DNA from: Lepidodermella squamata
Taxonomy: Eukaryota > Animalia > Gastrotricha
Assembly: GCA_047495785.1 (NCBI GenBank)
Contig: JBLDXI010000042.1
Coordinates: 1,364,001-1,428,000 of the forward strand
DNA: 64,000 bases
Direction of reading: 5' to 3'
In this document: piece after piece, positions 12,920 to 26,107 of the stretch
Position numbering within the stretch: position 1 is the first letter of the stretch
Layout: every line of letters begins with the position of its first letter
The notes under the pieces: generated by a model
The model's database searches: none
What the model was told of the DNA's origin: nothing
The model's input: only the letters and a program-made list of their open reading frames with translations
Program-made: the position numbers and the translations under genes

Positions 12920-14190
12920 AGCGATGGTGACTACCCAGGCTGCATCAATTTTCCTCATTCGGCGGACGACAATACGGGTGTTCAAGTCACCCAAACATTG
13001 GTAAAATAATACGTCAAACATTTAGAAATTATTGAACCTCTTGCCATTATCAAGGTACTCACATCCGGCACGACTTACGCAGCTGCAACATTTGCGGAAT
13101 GCTGCGCTCTTCTTGCCAACGGTCGTATGGCATTCGGTATTGTGGGTAGGGGTTTTGATATATGTTACCGCATCTAATGAAGGAAGCATCGATAATCAAT
13201 TATCAACAACCGGCGACTGAAATAATATTTGATATTACATGGACTATGAGCTATCTATCATTCTGGTAGGTAACTGTTGTTCGCTTCATTAAAACTAATG
13301 GCTCATTTGCTATTAACTAACAAATCTTAGGCCTGATGTGTAATAATGTGATTTTTTAGCGGAATTTGTTTAGTAAAAAGCATTACTTAGAGTGCTGCAA
13401 GTGCTGCTCAGTATGATCGTCTATATCTTGAATGTTTTTTTTATAAATAATCTGAAAATGGAAATCTTTCAAGACTAAGCATCCACGAGGGCATTTTGAT
13501 GAGTAATTACGATCAAGATCAACCTTAACGGATTCTATGAACGCAGAATGAAACAATTGCAGTCACCGATCTGAGGGAAAGCTCTTAGGCTGTTACACAT
13601 GTCAGTCTCAACGTGAGAAGCGCCAGAGGATCCCGACTACGGCGACCGAGTACCTCAACGACGTTAAGCAACGCCGTGGTATTGCCACGCGGTCTGCTCT
13701 CTGTTGTAGATAAATAGGTTGTCAACAAGTGGTTCAGAACTCGGGGTCGGGTGTTTCGTAGGCCATGCATCGAACCTGGCCTTATTTCTTTCGACTTTCA
13801 ACCTTCCAAAAATGCTTCAAAACTAGAAAGCGTGGAATTCGGAAAATCTGGAAAATCGGAAAGGTTGACGGAAATTGGGGCAATAACTTTTGAAGGGAGT
13901 AGTAATTTCGGCTAATTTGCTTGTATTTTTCAACATTGTCGTAGTTAATTAGGATCAAGGATCACATCTTCAGTTGAAATGCGACATGAGACGAAGTGAT
14001 TTAAGCAATGACAAGTTTTCGCTTTCAACCGCAACCAAAGCGACCAAGCAACCAAAGAAGCTTTGATAGTAGCAGTAAAATCAGCATAAAAAGCATAACA
14101 TACAACTTCATGCCTATTCGCAACACGTAAGCCGTTTCATACAACTCAATGAACACTCGACCATTCGCCCATACGTGGCATCAGTCTGCC
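12920..14190 (+). repeat. Segmental duplicate of about 22140-23350 (3' end and downstream flank of Cys-rich copies 2 and 3)
   Basis: Long near-identical stretches, e.g. 13585-13770 versus 22800-22985. Confidence 0.85.
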
Positions 14191-15124
14191 CTTCATGAGT
14201 CGAGTTAAGGTGAGACAGAACGATTTAACGATGGAATACAGGGTGCGATCTTGGATTCTGTAGCTGACAGGGATGGAAAAAAATTGCTGTTTTTGCGGAA
14301 ATGACTAGTCATATCGACTAAAAAGTGAGCGGAGCGAGACAATTTTGAAGATTTTCCTTTAAAACACGCCCCAGAACCTCTCAAAATTAACGAAACAGTG
14401 GGATAAATTCTCATTTTGTTGTCTGGCCCGGCCGATCTGGGGAGGAATTGCGCGTGTTTCTCCGTTAACCAATGGATTTTGGGAATCGATGGACTGAAGC
14501 TTCGCATCGGATTGTAAGATCATTATGCCAGATCGTCCGCTACAAGATGTAATGTATTATGGAAAAAATATCAAAATCAGCTAAATTGCGGCAACATTGT
14601 TCACATAAAGTCAGATAATGTTTCGAAGAATCAGCTGCTGTGAGGAGGAGGGATAAATACTTTCTGGAGCAATATTCCTGAGCAGATGCAAATAGATTTC
14701 TATAGCTTGAAATACGAAGAAAGCAGTCATTATTTCTATTCCTTAGAATTGACACCAGCGTTTTTAACATCAGAAATTCAGTTGACACAAGAAGAGCACG
14801 AGCAGAATGAGCCTACCTGCCCGACAAAAGTTCAACTTGTAATTAATCGCCGCATCACATGACGGAATTTTTTGCAGGCCGTAAAAAACACACATAAAAT
14901 AATTTCTGAAGACGATTATTTAGTTTTTGGGAAAATCTGCTGTGAGAAAGAGCAATGGCCGACTGCGATATCGACCATTATTCCTGGGAAAATATATCGC
15001 TGTAGCTGGATGAACAGAATATCTGCCACCTGCCATTATTTCTTTCCTCTCTAATTGACGTCAGCTTTTGTAACACCATAAATCCAGGTGATACAAGAGG
15101 AGACCGGGCGGAATGAAGCTAAAA

Positions 15125-16145
15125 ATGGAGCTAAATACTCCATTTTGAATCAAAGAGCTTGAGTTATTCCTTGACTTCTTAAACGGTGAAATACATAAAC
15201 GGTGTAAATGTCCTCATTCATCATAAAAAGCGATATAACACAGCTGCAGATTACGACCCGTTCTTCGGAAGGGAACTAAGAGCATTCATAGAGCATTCAT
15301 GGAGAATGTTCAACAGTTTTTAACAGTGTACAGAAATGACAGAAGGTAAAGAAAATATCATAAATGAATATATTTTATTGTTATAAACAACAAAAGCCCG
15401 CTGTTATTTATAAATAACAGTTGCCATAACGACACTGGAGTAACGAGAATTGCCTTTGGATATGTGTTTTAAGGTTTAGGATTATTTTCATTTAACAGGT
15501 TCCTAGAGGAAAGAATTAAGCATCTTGCTGCTGCGATAGGCTATTTCCGAAAGGATTCGATGGAAGCCCCTTTTCTCTTTTACCTCTACTAGTAGTACTC
15601 TCTTAACGTTGAGACTATCAGGCATAACATCATAAAAGATCTCGAATCCTTCGAGATCTTTCATATTTATTTCAAGTTTCAAGCGGCTTCATCATGATGA
15701 AATCTGAGGAACCAACATTTTGAATTCTCCTCCATCTGTTCATACGTTCTCTATCTGGATAAAAGCCGACTATTGCTGATCTTAGAACAATGGCAGGGGA
15801 AGCCAATGTCAGTAAAATACCAAAGAAACATGGAACCGTAAGTTTCGCGTAAGTGTTATTAACTTACTGGAATTGTCTTCATTATTTAAGTTCGCCGGTG
15901 GTTGATAATTGGTCGTTGTGGTTTTCTTTTTCCTTTCATCAGCTCTTCAAGCATATCTCAAGATCGTTCGAGCCATAAATCGCTTTGCTCACCGTTTTAT
16001 ATGTCAAGGGAACTGTTTGGGTGACTTGAACAAGGGAATCGTCGGTAGAGGTATGAGGGAAATTCAAGCAAGCGGCTAAGCCACCACCATCGATGTTCGA
16101 ACCGAACACGACGTAGGGAGTTGAAGTCACAGCTGCAACACAGGC
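15125..16145 (-). pseudogene. Inverted, deleted fragments of a copy-1-like Cys-rich gene
   Basis: 15125-15365 is the reverse complement of the copy-1 5' flank and start (caaaatggagtatttagctc). 15939-16140 encodes TSTPYVVFG...QVTQT fused directly to VPLTYK...EICLKS*. Confidence 0.8.
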
Positions 16146-16952
16146 TGGTTCCTCAGATTTTTCATCAAGATGAAACCGCTCGAAACTTGAAATTAATAAT
16201 GGGCGGCTTCGACCATTTCAAGATTATCAGTTCTTGATTCAGGGCATCCTATCTTAATTTTAGCAAAGCTGAGTTTGGAATTGGTTTTACTCTCCAATAT
16301 TTGCTTATTTTAACATTTTCGTCATGTTATTAGTATCTTAGTTCGATTCACGATGAGAAGGAAGGATTCGGCGATGTAATTAGTTTGATTCTAATGGCAT
16401 TACAACCCACACAGCTTTGATAGTAGAAAAATCAGCGTAATAAACGTAAATTACGCCGTCAAATATATGCGCAACACGTATGCAAGTTCTCATCACACGA
16501 CGCTGCATTATGCCATTCCTGTGTAGTGATATGATTAGAGCATGAATGAAGCATGAATGATACGTTAAGCTCAATTTGTTTGGCATCATCTTTCATTATC
16601 ATTTCATAGCTTGGAGATCGAATATTAACAATTACGCGAGCAAACAAATAGATAAAATGCTACGATAGTGAGATGTCGCGTACCAACAGGTGAAAATATT
16701 GAATGTAATTGTTGGGGCCCAGACACGTAAGGAATCGGGGCTCGAGTATCGGCATTTTACAAGTCTGCGCTCGGGCCGTATGTGATGTTACTGGAAATCC
16801 TACGATTACCCTTTTTTAATTGCGCATTATTCTTGGCTAACCGATTCGCATGGAATTGTAGGATCCATGATCGATTAATATGCCGGATTAATATGCCGGA
16901 AAATATATCATTGTAGCTGAATAAACAGAGGGTCAGCCATTATTTCTGTTAT

Positions 16953-19900
16953 GGACCGATCCACGTCGCTGTCACACTTTTTGTTGAAAGTAAAATTTTG
17001 GCTAGGCTACTAAAATTATATATTTTCTTGATGCTGAGGACTTCGGCTACAATAAAATGAAAGAAAATATTCATATATCATTCGTTTGACACTGATTACG
17101 TAACTTGGAAATGAAGGTGTCAAATTAACATGATTTTCTACCTTTTTAGGCTATTTTGTAAACAGATTATCTACAAAACCATGCAACATGTGCTATTACA
17201 GTAATGTTTATGTTAATCTACAGTGTCAGAGGTGTCATCTGTCAAATTTTCACGATGTTATGATTATTTGACAAACGTCAATGCCCTGTCAAAAATTCAC
17301 TGTCAAAATTTCTCTGTCGGTGACAAAATCACCTTTCGTTCTTCCCCAAATGCTCATTTTGTGAGCTATTGAGCCAAAACATGTTTTCCAAATCCCTGAA
17401 TGAACATACTAGTGGTAGAAAATAAAATTTCAGCTGTGAAGCTTATGGAAAGAGCTGTAGACCCGTCACCGACAGAGAATCTTTACACGATGTCACGCGT
17501 TTTTAGAAATTTTTTTACTTGAAAACAATTGTAACATGTCAGCTAAAAGAACGAGGAAATGGCGCGAGAAGTTGAAGCAGGATCCAGCTAGATATGCGCA
17601 GACTCTCGCTAACGATCGTGCCTATCGTAATGAGAAAAGGAAGGAAGAGAAAGTCTCTGAAAAACGCGAGCGGCAGAAAAAGGACCGTGAACAACACCAG
17701 GCAAGCTACAACGCCAAAAAGGTAAGAGTTGAAAACTTGAATGGCCCTCTGTATAATCTAAAATATCTTTAGTTGATAAAGGAGAAAGAAGCTCAAGAAG
17801 AAGCTGAACGCCTCAAGGTAGAAGCGCAAGCGTCGGCTGTTAATGATTCTGCGTACTCATGTCGACAGCGATTCGGTCGCGACATTGCCAAGGTTATCCG
17901 CGCACTACCTGCGGATGCTCTGAAGCAACGTGCTGTTGTGAAAAAACTCGCTACGGACCAAGGGTTTTACGTCCCGCCTAAGAAATTCTACAAAGGCCGC
18001 CAGGTTTCGGATCAAGAGAAAGTCACTGTGCGGGAAATCTTTGAAGAATTCTCCAAAAATTCACCGAATCAGCGTGACATTGGAAAAGATGGAATCTTGA
18101 AGAAATTCATGGATATTACTGTGAAGGAACTGTACGGAATCTATGTTCGGCGACATGGATACCGAATGGGAAAATCTAAATTTCACAAGTTGAAACCCGA
18201 TCACATTTTGCTGAACGATCGCATCCCAAGGAATGTCTGTGTATGCGTCATCCACGAAAACATTCGTCTTCTCTGCTTGCAGCTGAACAAAATTGATAAA
18301 AAATTCCCTGTTTCCACACATGAGATGGTTGATATGGTAAGAAAATATTTAATATTTAATATGTAAATATTCTATTTATTACTTGATATTTGTGTAAGGT
18401 CACCTGCGGATCCGAGCTCAGTGAAGTGTGTGCACGCGGATTCTGTGAGAATTGCGGGATGGGCAAACTCTTGGACTTAGAAAATCGATGTTTCCCTGAA
18501 GGCGATGCTCGTTTCGACACACCGATCACTTACGAACAGTGGCAACCAACCAAAGAAAGATACATTTCGAAAAAAACAGGTTCGGCTTTCAACCCTTTTA
18601 ATCCTTTTGTTAACTGTTCAATTAAACTTATAATATTGTTTTTATTTTCAGGGGAGGAAAAAGAATGTTCGAAAATCAAGATAGTACTAATAGCAGTTTT
18701 TCTTCATCAAGCAATCGAGGACCTGAATGGAAGATTCTTGGAATTCCTCACTCACACATTCGTTAAGCGAAAACAAGCAGCTACGTTTCACCAACAGATT
18801 ACCAGTTTGCTCGAAGTGATCAAAAAGTTGTTGGGCAAGAAGCCGAACATTCGCCATATTGAAGGTTGGTCAGATGGAGCCGCGAGTCAGTTCAAGCAGC
18901 GCTTCTTTCTAGCTGCTCTAACCCTGCTATCACATGAGCTGGGCATAACCTTATCATGGAATTTCTTTGCGTCCTACCACGGCAAAGGTGCCGTGGATGG
19001 CGTTGGCGGTTTAGTCAAGTCGCGGGTTCGATCGAGGGTCAATAGCCGAATCGACGTTGTTAATGACGCGCAAAAGTTCGCATTGGTCGCCGACGAAGCC
19101 GTTCCAAAAATCGATTGTTTTTACGTTAGCCGAGATCTCATCGACCGATGCGAACCTGATGTTGGTGAAGTTAAGGGAATACCAGGGACTCAAAAACATT
19201 TCAAGTATCAGGTGATTGATCCCTATGTGTTAAGTTATTCGGCCATTTCGGAATCGAATGAATCTACTGTGCACGAGTTTCTCAGCGAAGACGCCTCACA
19301 GCGGATGCGATATCGCTCTGGAACAGCTAGCGAGGAACCAGATTCTGAGATAACATTTAACGACGTGTTGTCCAGCACCATGGTTGAACGTCCGAAATCT
19401 GCAATCGATCGTCCTAAGTCAGCGTTCAAACGCCCCGCCCCGATTCAACCACGCCCCGTCAGCTCTGCGAAGAGGCCTCAAACGGCCGTGGATTTTGATG
19501 TATCCAGTACTGATTCGGACTCGAGTGACGATATGCCACTTGGCACGAAGCGTGAATGTGCCTTATGTGAGGTCATGTGGCTTGACTGGCTCGCCAGAAA
19601 GCCACGTGGAGGCAAGAAAGCATGGCTTCAATGCCCAAGATGCCATCTCTGGTTTTGTTATGACTGCCATGGCAAGAAAAACTCGAAAAAGTTCATTTGC
19701 ACTGAGTGTAAGGAATGATTTATTTCCCTTACTAATTTCTCTGTCGGTGACAAAATTGGCTCTCTGTCGGTGACACCCTTTTTCAAGGGTCATCTCTTTG
19801 CTATGACCATTCACCCATTAAACACATGTTTTTCAATTTCTGTAAAGCATTAGCTATCTTCTGATATATAATTTTTGCTATAAACTATGATATCTGATTA

Positions 19901-20153
19901 AGGAAATTTGCTGAAATTTTTTGTTAAAAACACGTTGGACAACGATTCTCTGTCGGTGACACCCCCTTTTAGTCCACCCTGTTCGAAAATAACGATTAAT
20001 TCTTGCTTAAAATAAATTTTAAAATAAAGTATTGACCGTGACTGAATAAAAAAATGTACATTTATTAGAGTGGGTCATCTTACAGAGAAAATGGAGCGCT
20101 TCAAAGACAAAACTATTTTTACGAATCTCTGTCGGTGACGCGTGGATCGGCCC
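16953..20153 (+). mobile_element. Sola2-type DNA transposon, internally deleted
   Basis: 13-bp TIR gg(a/g)ccgatccacg and a 4-bp TTAT target duplication (16949-16952, 20154-20157). Six copies of the subterminal motif ctctgtcggtgac (about 17312, 17465 reverse, 19739, 19762, 19948, 20127). Confidence 0.85.
17536..19718 (+). pseudogene. Sola2-type DDD transposase with C-terminal PHD-like finger (4 exons), missing the first catalytic block
   Basis: Motifs CVCVIHEN, SDGAASQFKQ and WNFFASYHGKGAVDGVGG, with a C-terminal CALC..WLQCPRCHLWFCYDC..FICTEC. Introns about 17722-17772, 18337-18398 and 18580-18651. The expected DFxENY segment is absent. Confidence 0.75.
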
Positions 20154-20309
20154 TTATTTCTAATTGACCAAAGCCTTTGTAACACTAGAAATCCTTGTGG
20201 AAAAAAAGAGGAGACCGGGCGGAATGAAGCTCAACCACGCAGCACGAGTTTCAATAATTATTCGCCTTTTCATGGTTGGTACTAACTGCTGGATTATTTT
20301 GCGATGCTG

Positions 20310-20466
20310 ACAGGGTGCGAAGTACAGGGGTCGCGACACCCCAGCTCCGAGACTACAACCAGAGAAAGGGTGAAAAACGACAGGGGGGCCCTTTGGTTTC
20401 TTCGGCTGGGTCCTAAAAACAAGTAGAAAACACCTCAGCTCGCGGATCCTACTTAGCACACTGCTC
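20310..20466 (+). repeat. Dispersed ~160-bp repeat, second copy at about 35696-35870
   Basis: Both copies share aagtacagggg..tcgcgacac..cagctc..ccctttggtttcttcggct..tagaaaacacctcagctc.cggatcctac. Confidence 0.7.
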
Positions 20467-21453
20467 AAGACTCGGGTAGCAATTTCGATTGCTTTGCACT
20501 TCTGACAAAATGCTTCGGCATGAGGTTTGAGGCTGCAGTAGTTGATAAGGCACCAATGTAGAGGCCATGCACTTCAACGAAGTATGAAGTTTTAGACTTC
20601 GTAAATTCACTAGCTGAATGGCTCGTGAATTGTGCGTGTTTCTCCGTTGAGCAATGACCAATGAAAATCGATAGGCTGAAGGTTCGCATCGGATTGTGAG
20701 ATTGATCACAATGCCGGATTGTATGATTTTCCGCTGCAAGATGTAATTTATGCGACCTTGTTCCCAGATAATTTCTGGAAGAATCAACTGCTATGAGAAA
20801 AAGCGATGACCGCCTGACTGATTTACCTGAATGCAAACAGATTACTGTTGCTGAAATACAGAAAACCAGCCTTTATTTCTCAATTCTTTGTAACGTTTGT
20901 AACATCAAAAATCCAGGTGATACAACAGGAGCACGAGTAGAATTAGCTTACCTGCACAACAAAAGTTCAACTTAATTAATCGCCGCATCACATGGCGGAA
21001 TTTTTTGCAGTCCGTAGAAGCACACATGAAATAATTTTCAAAGACGATTGACAGTGACTGAAACAGCCCCATTGCGCAGTTTTTTCATGAAAAAATGTAG
21101 CTGGCTGTTGCTGCATAAGCTTGATTAACTGAAGTTGATGAGAAATTAATGCCTGGACGAGGGCGTATCTTGCGCATCAGCAGCATAAATGATCAACCCA
21201 AAACCGAGAAGAATTTTTTTCCTTAATTAAAGTTTATTCTTAACCGGCGCACGTGTATGTTCTGAGGGTACATGAAGCGAAGCTACCAGTGATCATAGCA
21301 TTATTTTGATTTTCGCGTCTTCGAATTCTCTTCATTTTCCCCTGATGAGACCAACCACAGTTCTGTTTGAACCTTTACCGATCCCTAATATCGAGCTGAT
21401 CCTATCTCATATTTCTAGGAAAGTTCTTACGGACTCAAGCTTCTCAGTTCAAA

Positions 21454-22395
21454 ATGAAATACTTGGCTCTAGCGATTCTCTTCACCGCCTGTGGCGTAGT
21501 CACAGCTTGCCCAGCTTCGACAACTACAACGCCCTGTCCGAATTCCGTAAGATCCGATAGTTCAACTGTGACTTGTCCTAATGGCCAGAGCTGTCTCACC
21601 ACGACGAACCCGTGTCCCAGCGGGCAAAGTTGCCTCGCAGCAGCAGCGGCTTGTGCAACGGGCCAGAGCTGTCAAAGCACGTCCAATCCATGCCCGAGCG
21701 GCCAGAGCTGCCTCGCGCCCACGGTCTGCCCAGGCGCAGTAAGTCCTTACTATAAGCAAGAAAAGCGAACGTTCAAATCATCTGTATAGCCAGCATTCAA
21801 GCTTTGCAAAATACCAGAAACTTCAGGCGGCCCTACTATCAAGAAGACTGATGTTCAGTTCTGCACTTCGCTCGCAGTAGATTGCAACACATACTTTTCT
21901 ACTGGCGTGGCTGTGAGTTTATTGCTTTATTGCAATACATATCATTTTGAGTGTTGACATTTTTTCAGGTTAGTGCGGCAACGTATGCAACTTTCAAGGA
22001 TTGCTGCGCTGCTCTGACACCTTCGACCAACATCAAGTACAATGCCATTTCGGGTCAAAAATCTGGCCTGGAGCCAGTTTTGGTATGCGTTGCAGCTTTA
22101 ACTTCAACTCCCTACGTCATATCCGATGATACGAACATCAATGGTGACTACGCAACCTGCTACAATTTCCCTCATTCAGGGGGCAAAACGAGTTTTCAAG
22201 TCACCCAAACATTGGTAAAATAATACGTCGAACATTTTCAAGTTATAGGTAAACTATTTTGCCATTATCTAGGTACTCACGTCCGGCACCACTTACGCAG
22301 CTGCAACATTTGCGGAATGTTGCGCCCTTATTGCCAAAAGTCCTATTTCATTCGATACTTTGGCTAACGGTTTTGATATATGTTACCGCACATAA
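21454..22395 (+). CDS. Secreted Cys-rich CxxGQSC-repeat protein, copy 3 (4 exons, apparently intact)
   Basis: Same exon structure as copy 1; ends ...ECCALIAKSPISFDTLANGFDICYRT*. Confidence 0.85.
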
Positions 22396-23737
22396 TGAAG
22401 GAAGCATCGATAATCAATCATCAACAACCGGCGACTGGAATAATATTTGATATAACATGAACTACGAGCTATCTATCGTTTTGGTAGGTAACTGTTGTTC
22501 GCTTCATTAAAACTAATGGCTCATTTGCTATTAACTAACAAATCTTAGGCCTGATGTGTAATACTGTGATTTTTTAGCGGAATTTCTTTAGTAAAAAGCG
22601 TTACTTTGAGTGCTGCAAGTTAGCCTCAGTATGATCGTCCATAGCTTGAATGTTTTTTATAAATAATCTGAAAATGGAAATCTTTCAAGACTAAGATCCA
22701 CGAGGGCATTACGATACATAATTACGATCAAGATCAACCTTAACGGATTCTATGAATGCAGAGTGAAACAATTCCAGTCACCGATCTGAGGAAAAGCTCT
22801 TAGGCTGTTACACATGTCAGTCTCAACGTGAGAAGCGCCAGAGGATCCCGACTACGGCGACCGAGTACCTCAACGACGTTAAGCAACGCCGTGGTATTGC
22901 CACGCGGTCTGCTCTCTGTTGTAGATAAATAGGTTGTCAACAAGTGGTTCAGAACTCGGGGTCGCGTATTTCGTAGGCCATGCACTGAACCTGGCCCTAT
23001 TTCTTGTGATTTCAATCTTCCAACATGGCTTCAAAACTAGAAGGCGTTAAGTGATTCAAAAAATCTTTGACGGAAATCGCTGCCTGTTTCAATGAATTTT
23101 GAAGGGAGCTGCAATTTTAAAGCTGATTTTTTGTATTTTCCAACATTGTCGCAGTTCTTTATGATCAAGGATCATATCTTCAGTCGGGATGAGACGAAAT
23201 TATTTAAGCAGTGAAAATGTTTCGCTTCCCACCGCGTTAAGACCAAAGAAGCTTTGGTAGTAGTAAAACATGCTTATTTGAAACACTTATGCCGTTACTA
23301 CTCAATGAACACAGGAACATTCGCCCATACGTGGCAACAGTCTGCCATTCATTTTTCAGTGATACGAAAGCCTGCTCAAAACTACGCTCATATCAGCTTG
23401 TACTGCTTCAATTTATGCCTGCATTGGCTAACAATCAGCCATCAGCTGGTTTGCGCATAATTCTTGTCGGAAGTCGGAATTGAGATGTCAAACGTTTCGT
23501 CGTAATAAATTTATTCAAAATGTGATTCAAACTAAAATGTGATGTGAAATAAAATGAAATTATAATAACGTGCCTATTTGTTAATAGTTATGTAGCAATT
23601 TTTACATATTTTTTTGAAGTAAACTTTTTCGCAACTTTTTTAGGTTTTTCCAGGTTGGGATTATGGTTAGAGTTAGGATTATTTTTGAAAAAACTTTTTT
23701 ACCGAAAAGTAAGGTTGATTTGACGAGCCGACAGTTC

Positions 23738-24414
23738 GGTCTGCCCAGGCGCAGTCCTTACTATAAGCAAGAAACACGCACACTTCTCGTTCTGTAGCCA
23801 GCATTCAAGCTGTGCAAAATTCCGGAGACTTTGGGCGGCCCTAGTATAAAGAAAACTGATGTTCAGTTCTGCTCGCACTGAACGCTCGCAGTCGACTGTG
23901 ACACATACATTGATAGGGGCGTGGTTGTGAGCTTATTGCTGTTATTACTATGATATCATTTTGAGTGTTGATATTTCTTCAGGCTAGCCCGGCAACATAT
24001 CCAACTTTTAAAGAATGTTGCGCTGCTTTGAATCCCTCAACCAATATCAAGTATCAAGCCATTCCGCAGCAATTAGGAGGCCGGGCTGCAGTTTTGGCCT
24101 GTGTTGCAGCTGCAACTTCAAAGCCTTGCATCATCTTTGGTACGAATATCAATGATTCCGACGCACGCTGCGTCAATTTTCCTCATACAGGAGACGACTT
24201 TAGCACTCAAGTTACCCAAACCTTGGTAGAACTATCTTTGGAACATTCTGAAATTACTTCTGAAACGTATTGGTTTTTACAGGCACTCACTTCCGGCTCC
24301 ACTTACGCAGCTGAAACGTATGCGGAATGCTGCGCCCTTCTTGCGAAAGTTCCAGTAACATTCGATAAGGGTTCGTTTTATGCCGTGTCGGATGTTGAGT
24401 ACTGTTACATCTGA
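23738..24414 (+). pseudogene. Cys-rich protein copy 4, 5'-truncated
   Basis: Starts at the end of exon 1. The intron-1 donor is shortened (gcagtcc versus gcagtaagtcc) and exon 2 has an in-frame TGA (tgc tcg cac tga). Exons 3-4 remain recognisable. Confidence 0.8.
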
Positions 24415-24480
24415 TGCAATGAACCTCGATAATTAATTATCAACAACCTAATTCCCCGAAATATCATAGTTATAACTCAC

Positions 24481-25641
24481 TTAACACTTACATATACCCC
24501 TAGGCCAAGTATATGTTAGAGCTATATGTAATTATATGTTTACATAATTTTACATAATGGACAGTTGATTTTCACATATTGGACACTTGATTTTTTAAGG
24601 AGGAGCACATATTGGACAGTTGTCTATTGTTCAGACCCATGAAACTCAAGAAACCCAAGAAACCCGTGGAAACCAAAATAGCTTTATTATTCAAAATAAA
24701 TTGAGCCCTTCACAAAGTTGTCGCAGCCCGAAAACCGAGCAACATTCAGTCCAAATGTTGACAAATCGAGCAGCAATCGGCCCCAATGTCGTGAATACCA
24801 AACAGCATTCAGCCCCAATTTCAACAAAATCGAGCAGCATTCCGTCCAATTTTCGACAAAATCGAGCAGCATTCCGTCCAATTTTCGACAAAATCGAGCA
24901 GCAATCGCCAACATTTCGTGAGAATTGAGCAGCACTCAGCGGCAATCTTCCAGCACCCAGAACTCCACCGGGACAATCGAGACATCCAAGCAGCAGTCGT
25001 CATCAATGTTGAGAAAATCGCGCAGCATTCCTCCTCGAAATTGCCAAAACAGCGCCGTATTCGTCTTGTTTTTCGTGCCATTTCATCAGCCTTTGTTCCC
25101 GGCTCCAACTGGTTCAACGGCACTCTTTCTCGAACGGGATCGATACCATGATTGAGCTTGAGATCGACAATGACCAGATCGGCGACTAGTTGCCATGAGT
25201 CGAATTCACTCGCCAGGTTGATTTGATGAGCCGACAGTTCAAATAGCTCGAGCCATTGTGCGATTCTTCATCGTAGCAGCGTGCCAGTTTGACGCGAAGA
25301 TCCGGCGGCAAAAAAGCGAGTGAAAATCAAAACGAGAATCGACCGAATGAGCGTTTGATTTAAAAATGGCGAAAAGCTCAGTTTTTGATGAAAAATTAAG
25401 TTGGATGTTTTATTTTCCCATTTTCCATGATTTTTTAACCTTCGCAACGTGGGGGTAGGTATTTCAATGGAGCCCTGGCAATCGGTAGATGCTACTATGC
25501 CTCGGGGTATATGCAAATATTGGACTTAGAGTCGTAAATATGTTGAAAAACCTCACAAATATACAGCCTGCGGCTCGGCCATTATATGTTCGGTTTTTCA
25601 ACATATTTCCTCCTCCATGTCCAATATATACACATATTTAA
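24481..25641. mobile_element. Second non-coding hairpin-ended element related in design to 5845-7266
   Basis: Inner inverted repeat catatacccctaggc / gcctcggggtatatg, a terminal hairpin at about 25508-25637, TTAA at both ends, and internal aaatcgagcagca repeats. Confidence 0.55.
24720..24910 (+). repeat. ~32-bp tandem repeat
   Basis: aaaatcgagcagcattccgtccaattttcgac occurs as two exact copies plus degenerate neighbours. Confidence 0.8.
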
Positions 25642-26107
25642 GGCGCCTTACTTTTGCGCTTTGATGATATCATTTGGCCATGGCACGGTGCATTTCAGAA
25701 AAGCTTGGTATTTTTTGGACTTTATTTTGCGACTTTTTCAATCTGATAGGATTTGAGAAATGTGTCTTATTTTCAGGGTAACAAGAAACCTTGAATCTCA
25801 TAATAAAAGCTCACTCTCAAACAAAAAAGTGAAACATTGAAATTTTTCGTTGTTCACTGTTCACCTTTCAAGTCAAATTTGAACACTCACGTAAGCATTA
25901 AAAATTCGAATTGTCCTAACTTTCTGGAAGCGATAATCCAATAGGAGGGCCATCGCAAACCATACTTTCGGTATTTGCGAAATATACTACTGCGACATAT
26001 TGCTCGGCGAGGCCTGCAAAACTTCACTCGAACGAATGCGTATCGATATATCTGCGTATCGATTTTCGAATTCTAAGATTTGTTAAACATATTATTGAAC
26101 CGAACAA

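Larger units (their letters stand above)
9152..13177 (+). pseudogene. Cys-rich secreted protein copy 2, exon 3 split by a 3.06-kb insertion
   Basis: Exons 1-3 run to ...STPYVI at 9841. The reading frame resumes at 12908 (YGGNSDGDYPGCINFPH...QVTQTL) and exon 4 ends FDICYRI*. Confidence 0.85.

Noticed and set aside
13585-13770. Minus-strand ORF conserved identically at 22800-23015
   Set aside because: The identity is explained by the recent segmental duplication, and there is no independent coding evidence.
24620-25155. Stack of overlapping ORFs in several frames; possible CRISPR-like array
   Set aside because: These are produced by a ~32-bp tandem repeat without unique spacers, there are no cas genes, and the context is eukaryotic.
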